DNA from: an uncultured Bacteroidaceae bacterium | GTDB lineage: Bacteria; Bacillota; Clostridia; Christensenellales; CAG-917 | Length of the DNA: 62,572 bases | Reading direction: 5' to 3' | Assembly: GCA_964592815.1 (NCBI GenBank) | Contig: CAZQGE010000001.1 | Location: forward strand, 1 to 62,572 | Part shown: in pieces, positions 61,201-62,572 of the stretch | Layout: the number at the start of each line of letters is the position of its first letter | How positions within the stretch are numbered: the stretch's first letter is position 1 | Made by a program: the position numbers and the translations under genes | The notes under the pieces: model-generated | Seen by the model: only the letters and a program-made list of their open reading frames with translations | Database searches by the model: none | What the model was told of the DNA's origin: nothing

Positions 61201-62458
61201 TATAATATTCTTGTCCGTTTATTGTTCCAAGGGGAGAACTTACGTATGAGACGAGTTTTATGTCATTTCTTGGAGACGCTGTGTTAATTGAACCGTCTGT
61301 GTTTTTGTAATAGAGTTCATCTTTGTCTAATTGTTGAGCGAAAATTTGTGAATATACAGGCCAGCCGTATGCGATGGTGGATTCGGGACGATATGGCTCT
61401 GTTTTGAAACCTGCTCCGCTTGTTGAATAACTTTCAATTTTAGGAGCTGCGCCGTCTTCGTTATGAGAAGATGCGGTGTCTTGATTGTTGTTGTATGTAA
61501 TTGTAAAAGTTGTCTTAATATTGTCAACTCTAAAAAGGTCAAAAGGAGTGGTAGCGTTATCACTAGCAGTTTCGCCACACGTTACAACAACAGCAATATT
61601 TGAGGCGTTTGCATCAAGTTCTAAAGTGCGATTAAATTGTTCTCCATCACCGCTTTCGTTGTTAGAAAGAGAATAACCACGGTCTTCATACCATTTTTTT
61701 ATCTCTTTCATATATGCTGTTTGAACACCACCGCCCCACGCTTCATCATAATAAGTAAATGCATCATTGACCAACGGGTCTTCGCTTGCAGAATAGGGGT
61801 TTGCGGTTTTAATAATTTTGAATTTAAGTTTCTGCCATTGTCTATTATCGTGGTTGTTCATTTTTCTAGCTATAACCGACACATCAACTTTAACGGAAAA
61901 CTTTGAATTTTCTTTAATCAAACTTAACAAAAACGGAGATACAGCCAAGTTTACAACACCAACAGTTTGGTTTACTTGAGCATAGGTGGCAGAAACAGTA
62001 TATCCTTTTGCGTGTTCAGTTTTTCCGTCTGAGTCACGAGAATATCCAATAATTTCCGCCGTGCTACCGTATTCACCACTCTTATCATCGTTTTGGTTTG
62101 CAACGCTAATGTTGTTTTTGGAGTACGTTGCGTTTTGATAAGTCAACTGTCCGCTAGTCCAAGTTTGAGTGTTTGCAGTCGAATTTCCAGGAAACTTTAC
62201 GCCATTAGATACAAAAGCGTCGGCATCAATATTACCGTGATATTGGTCATCTGGCAACATAGCCGTGCCACCTGATATAGCGCCGATACCGTTTGCAATA
62301 TCGCCTGTTCCGTTGCTACCGTTCGAAGAAAGACTGCCCAAACTTATTTCCGACGCCATAACAAAGCCGAAAACAAAGGTAAAGCAAAGAGCAAGCGCCA
62401 AAACTTTGGCTACTCCTACCCAAACTTTTTTCCTAGAACTGTTGCTGTTGTAAGTCAT
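52217..62458 (-). CDS. Giant (~3413 aa) membrane-anchored repeat adhesin with MBG/YDG-type repeats
   Basis: Uninterrupted 10.2-kb ORF. Start at ATG 62458 after an AGAGGTGG RBS. N-terminal signal/anchor KKVWVGVAKVLALALCFTFVFGFVMA. Y(D/N)G(T/S) repeat motifs occur at about 54816-56925. C-terminal TM helix LPIWAIALIVIVGLLMLSGVGVGVGV, then KKKK and a 49-aa tail. No LPXTG. Confidence 0.85.
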   Translation of the reverse strand: MTYNSNSSRKKVWVGVAKVLALALCFTFVFGFVMASEISLGSLSSNGSNGTGDIANGIGAISGGTAMLPDDQYHGNIDADAFVSNGVKFPGNSTANTQTWTSGQLTYQNATYSKNNISVANQNDDKSGEYGSTAEIIGYSRDSDGKTEHAKGYTVSATYAQVNQTVGVVNLAVSPFLLSLIKENSKFSVKVDVSVIARKMNNHDNRQWQKLKFKIIKTANPYSASEDPLVNDAFTYYDEAWGGGVQTAYMKEIKKWYEDRGYSLSNNESGDGEQFNRTLELDANASNIAVVVTCGETASDNATTPFDLFRVDNIKTTFTITYNNNQDTASSHNEDGAAPKIESYSTSGAGFKTEPYRPESTIAYGWPVYSQIFAQQLDKDELYYKNTDGSINTASPRNDIKLVSYVSSPLGTINGQEYYKTYSATFLDLYGYQGCTVLNNYDTFSSGVKTIKIGDTTFNCYERCNSDFTYSTQIIEKDFTVGGTVVGRAKVSSVGGSRVRWKVDVYFYTNTTVSVVVSDYGLNDQTKLFQTIAVDGIDLATPNNVSLDLAGTELSKYMSTSALSTWFNTSSFHTAMTDNVDITTERGNSKYLWFCKVEKNIASPTIYNNVQSIIDNATYLKIQDNKAFVKLGYDFTTGKFTTSADYNSGVTGVGRYAFTFYALDLAGHIATPITYYINVDYVNPSYEITSNAPTSYFNQKVTGEVWAHNGFDLTLAIQQKVGNVYNSLRSYSGNFVLFNGVDKNHILVIKDGVIVSVDSIDFNNTNELAKFNITKINSTKFNLPDMTVEYLPDIDSIKFSYGNITAGGSIFENFDFVAKFTVGVGVDSTSTNLTYNDAAYQWKEIENKKLTSGIKIRIDQNAPMTPVLQEANNGDYFNFGLANDAFIANLKLGLRKWYTSTQGEFDISFDEEHAEDYPEKIRVYFAVVAKDKVADAQDDFLASIMSYGSYQLAFDAISSKFKELNSSAYSISTMNGKGKISLDLLTAKYGAGVRNIYAWAVDQAGNISNVQTFNVLVDSTQYAVNANLDNSYFTNSGVEFYLTDSGKTVRKDVFKRGDKIEFKFNFSGSYVPYQLLGRNKVASGADLVLFENKTTNKVFAPTTNISEIAQESQVFTFDEANQKITLLLDNESIANLQIGNSLDFTLKFRKYIDFGISGLYKDAQNHDTVKATYKLGGTDVPLFISDQLALGENGLSLTYKDDKNASIDGKPMNTGTFYASAFFNEDNLYYVSDKKFENVIFIIEKPKIKVVAKYSFSDYGQNIASSTAIGATLLGYDVYDLEGNKLNLIFANNSLILDTNKQIADYNKLVVGKYLIKENPTMLFSNQSVGASGYEMKYDVIFVSAEHTIRPKDLKIKAVNDQDTTINAMSKLYFDTDPTFYFAVDLESFAVKTQEEYGKAFKNAKFYKVDGNYVIYEDTNGCIVRRQGEEVGTYSFALDNSMFVTDENYSVSYAVIAQPSFTIKQRTGVDITLANQLIIRNLPFVLTGGNYILTLEESKNLYYTVDSLNSVLLNSAGKIDGLRFKIVAGLNVNEYKVVEIISENKNFACNPISGTPVLTVQNIQGGAEETILFFNQKQVPSFQYKTFEWSRNYLLSENALANSLSFNFADYFEIKGFQNGIQMDLTLYSYSITAKFQALPDGAMPSQYAKVGSYVMTFQNVAQNQILKNNLQQDGIKVFASNFEVKVEPLKIAINPVVDVKVESLTDASNANIDFLSRVYGSDDFVLSYQSETSSNPTAGRFVRALFDANGNFVRLANIYDDVTGVNGYLPDGSYYGIYVAEKFVSEDPNYEFVYVATTEIGKRYVTSSSQGQVEIVGGLKAQDVRFKVTQATLTINESDFKVSNKQYDGTAAYYFNNYSEVLDINGKKVNAADDVQITFDLRYDAPTVSDVRFVIASNFNLLGKDGKNYKIKLVNSLGQEVALSLDIKYKYVSIYISTLNLNDFDIVIKKEFDGNSSLSPSNVYFPADSPFAYMNYKISELANGTKPAFPTAEVSNFHKIDEIKIFIPTANVDDFNFIGNVKVEKVKGQGIYITLKDKKAIISKVKIDHTDFLSFNAIDKQYDRTTNINLSFAFVEDVYNIANIVKGIVPTLNAENLGLKFKAYSVDASGTDTSLVCATDVNGNAIPRNIRIDRNNFTVDGAAYANDYFDIDIADIASYYENSLVASISKAKIRPDIVFNSQKQYNGSALIGSNDCVIGAQKQFIRQDNNVVVTDITFDVSLSDISYSAKGLNNANVAYDEDGRLIKHNVMFKNFKVSALSADILANYEIDGYVYENGKYVSLNNLHQYGTLVPNMIVDKFEMLNHATLKPKEIYLTNSDIKVSANTYDGTTPGKVYDGTNKVDIKLNGDGGILNSEVEIVFDAKFSSVNVGENVDIIFGSGTVLKNKTNSEIDYRSNYDLSLGGISSLSAKIEQRKVKIDIRVPDKTYDGTNTMSPNFVAPTFVKADGEQQIFYGDDALYYTSVKVKRVIYPDKNVQRDENKKVVSKTGVTFEGLELQNSQFSGVVNYQIVLGEVTAKIVPKQVTVTPQASYTAETGKYVKVYDGTNKFEGVYGTDFTVDLSGVNGIIAGDDVDLKLSTNTKGYFENTSAGSTYVVFVVEDNATTPVSGADKDNYEFVRSTKKVAARIEKASILVKAEADSCVYGEVSKHTFAKLSYSYKGEKVVEKDGKLYFAKLDGAADLQRPLDGNFTLPVGKSTANNFSSFKNTYSYTLSYDALTKELKDSSSTNFKFMLASTSDATAAFQIEKAPLYVYAMSYIKKVGEANPQIDLAFSGAITSNEEGRKNGERNIFQNMPYAVFRVFNVTRNAWYDKNSYSETDKLIYAIDILNVENALAADSNYTLQLRFAVGSEDFKKAVLTVNEPSIKNLAVSSSTVTYDASNKIQSVVKGDLSMYDFIYYLGTKSGTVTNWDTTPSTLIRDAGSYMIRVFAKYKNMQDLALTNADLAKDLLVFYNQNPTYIGNKIGEGSLTINKATLGMSFTQSADLVFNPALSEVPFAYNDVNFNFANKELLQSDADYRNYYLSVVAGLLNPEKISVKYQWQVNSASTFVNVNKMLNAGRYKIILEYKPQKDGNNVEIGNFVSEVANQNYFYISPIKLYVSVSAIAEQAFEANKNYVTFAADTTKGTTATMLEGANVQCFYKGGGDQTYSSTVIEKVGKYSYAVMASKSGNIDYNYIIMNGDKSAEGTFAVGKKKLSSTNDKVTIESGENKVLIATNLSYKEIIDGGKSMFEDLYWKQLAQYVNQMQKSNPNSTLAAVVEIKVSNNNQTVTENGTALSMKVALPSNLDSLSGVEVYFVNKEGQLEKLQNYNSANGYIYYSADYIANLIFIKEQGGLPIWAIALIVIVGLLMLSGVGVGVGVAMSKKKKLKAQVASNAPNQAVNNFFEAENSSADNMQINAQEISAEEEKK

Positions 62459-62532
62459 AATTCCACCTCTAATTGCTAAGCCTTCATACATATACGCGCA
62501 CAGCGCACGTATACGCAAAAATATACAACAAT

Positions 62533-62562
62533 ATATTACACCAGCATAACGCAATATGTCAA
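62533..62562 (-). promoter_or_regulatory. Putative promoter of the giant adhesin gene
   Basis: On the minus strand: TTGACA (62562-62557), 18 nt, TAATAT (62538-62533). Predicts a leader of about 70 nt. Confidence 0.4.
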
Positions 62563-62572
62563 GTACAATATC

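Noticed and set aside
62459-62554. 32-codon N-terminal extension of the giant ORF (MRYAGVIYCC...).
   Set aside because: The extension covers the predicted promoter and leader. It has no SD, whereas ATG 62458 has an AGAGGTGG RBS and is followed by a canonical signal/anchor.

Overview
Contiguous AT-rich chromosomal segment, most likely from a low-GC Firmicute (Clostridia-like). Evidence for that placement is GGAGG-type Shine-Dalgarno sites, WhiA, HprK, DnaE, an Enterococcus-type V-ATPase operon and rpmE-DUF1385-prmC-prfA synteny. All calls come from reading the translated ORFs for family motifs and reading intergenic DNA by eye; no database search was run. I call about 45 protein genes, nearly all on the minus strand. 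(1) Left edge (+): three polysaccharide-synthesis genes, one priming sugar transferase and two glycosyltransferases. (2) A split cobalamin methionine-synthase operon, metF / activation domain / metH. (3) An ABC-F ATPase. (4) A GPH-type sugar symporter plus an 891-aa multidomain Fe-S flavoprotein, followed by a TetR regulator with an extra N-terminal domain. (5) Housekeeping block pfkA, dnaE, whiA, PHP phosphoesterase, murB, hprK, uvrC. (6) An ArsR regulator divergent from a small Cys-rich membrane peptide. (7) A long co-directional cluster: rpmE, DUF1385-PrmC fusion, prfA, an IPMS/homocitrate-synthase-like enzyme, a small P-loop protein, thrC, trpS, a DUF5685-like protein, a degenerate J-domain protein with a poly-Cys tail, and a membrane protein. 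(8) A lipoprotein next to a MacB/FtsX-type ABC exporter. (9) queH. (10) rpiB followed by a nine-gene V-type ATPase operon whose c-ring carries the Na+-binding signature. (11) One 10.2-kb gene for a roughly 3400-aa membrane-anchored repeat adhesin. I saw no tRNA, rRNA, CRISPR array, transposase, integrase or recognisable defence genes. No single locus stands out as an obviously new system. The least explained loci are the DUF5685 / J-like poly-Cys pair, the ArsR / Cys-rich peptide module, the DUF1385-PrmC fusion, the TetR-fusion / symporter / Fe-S flavoprotein locus, the P-loop / synthase / thrC / trpS arrangement and the giant adhesin.
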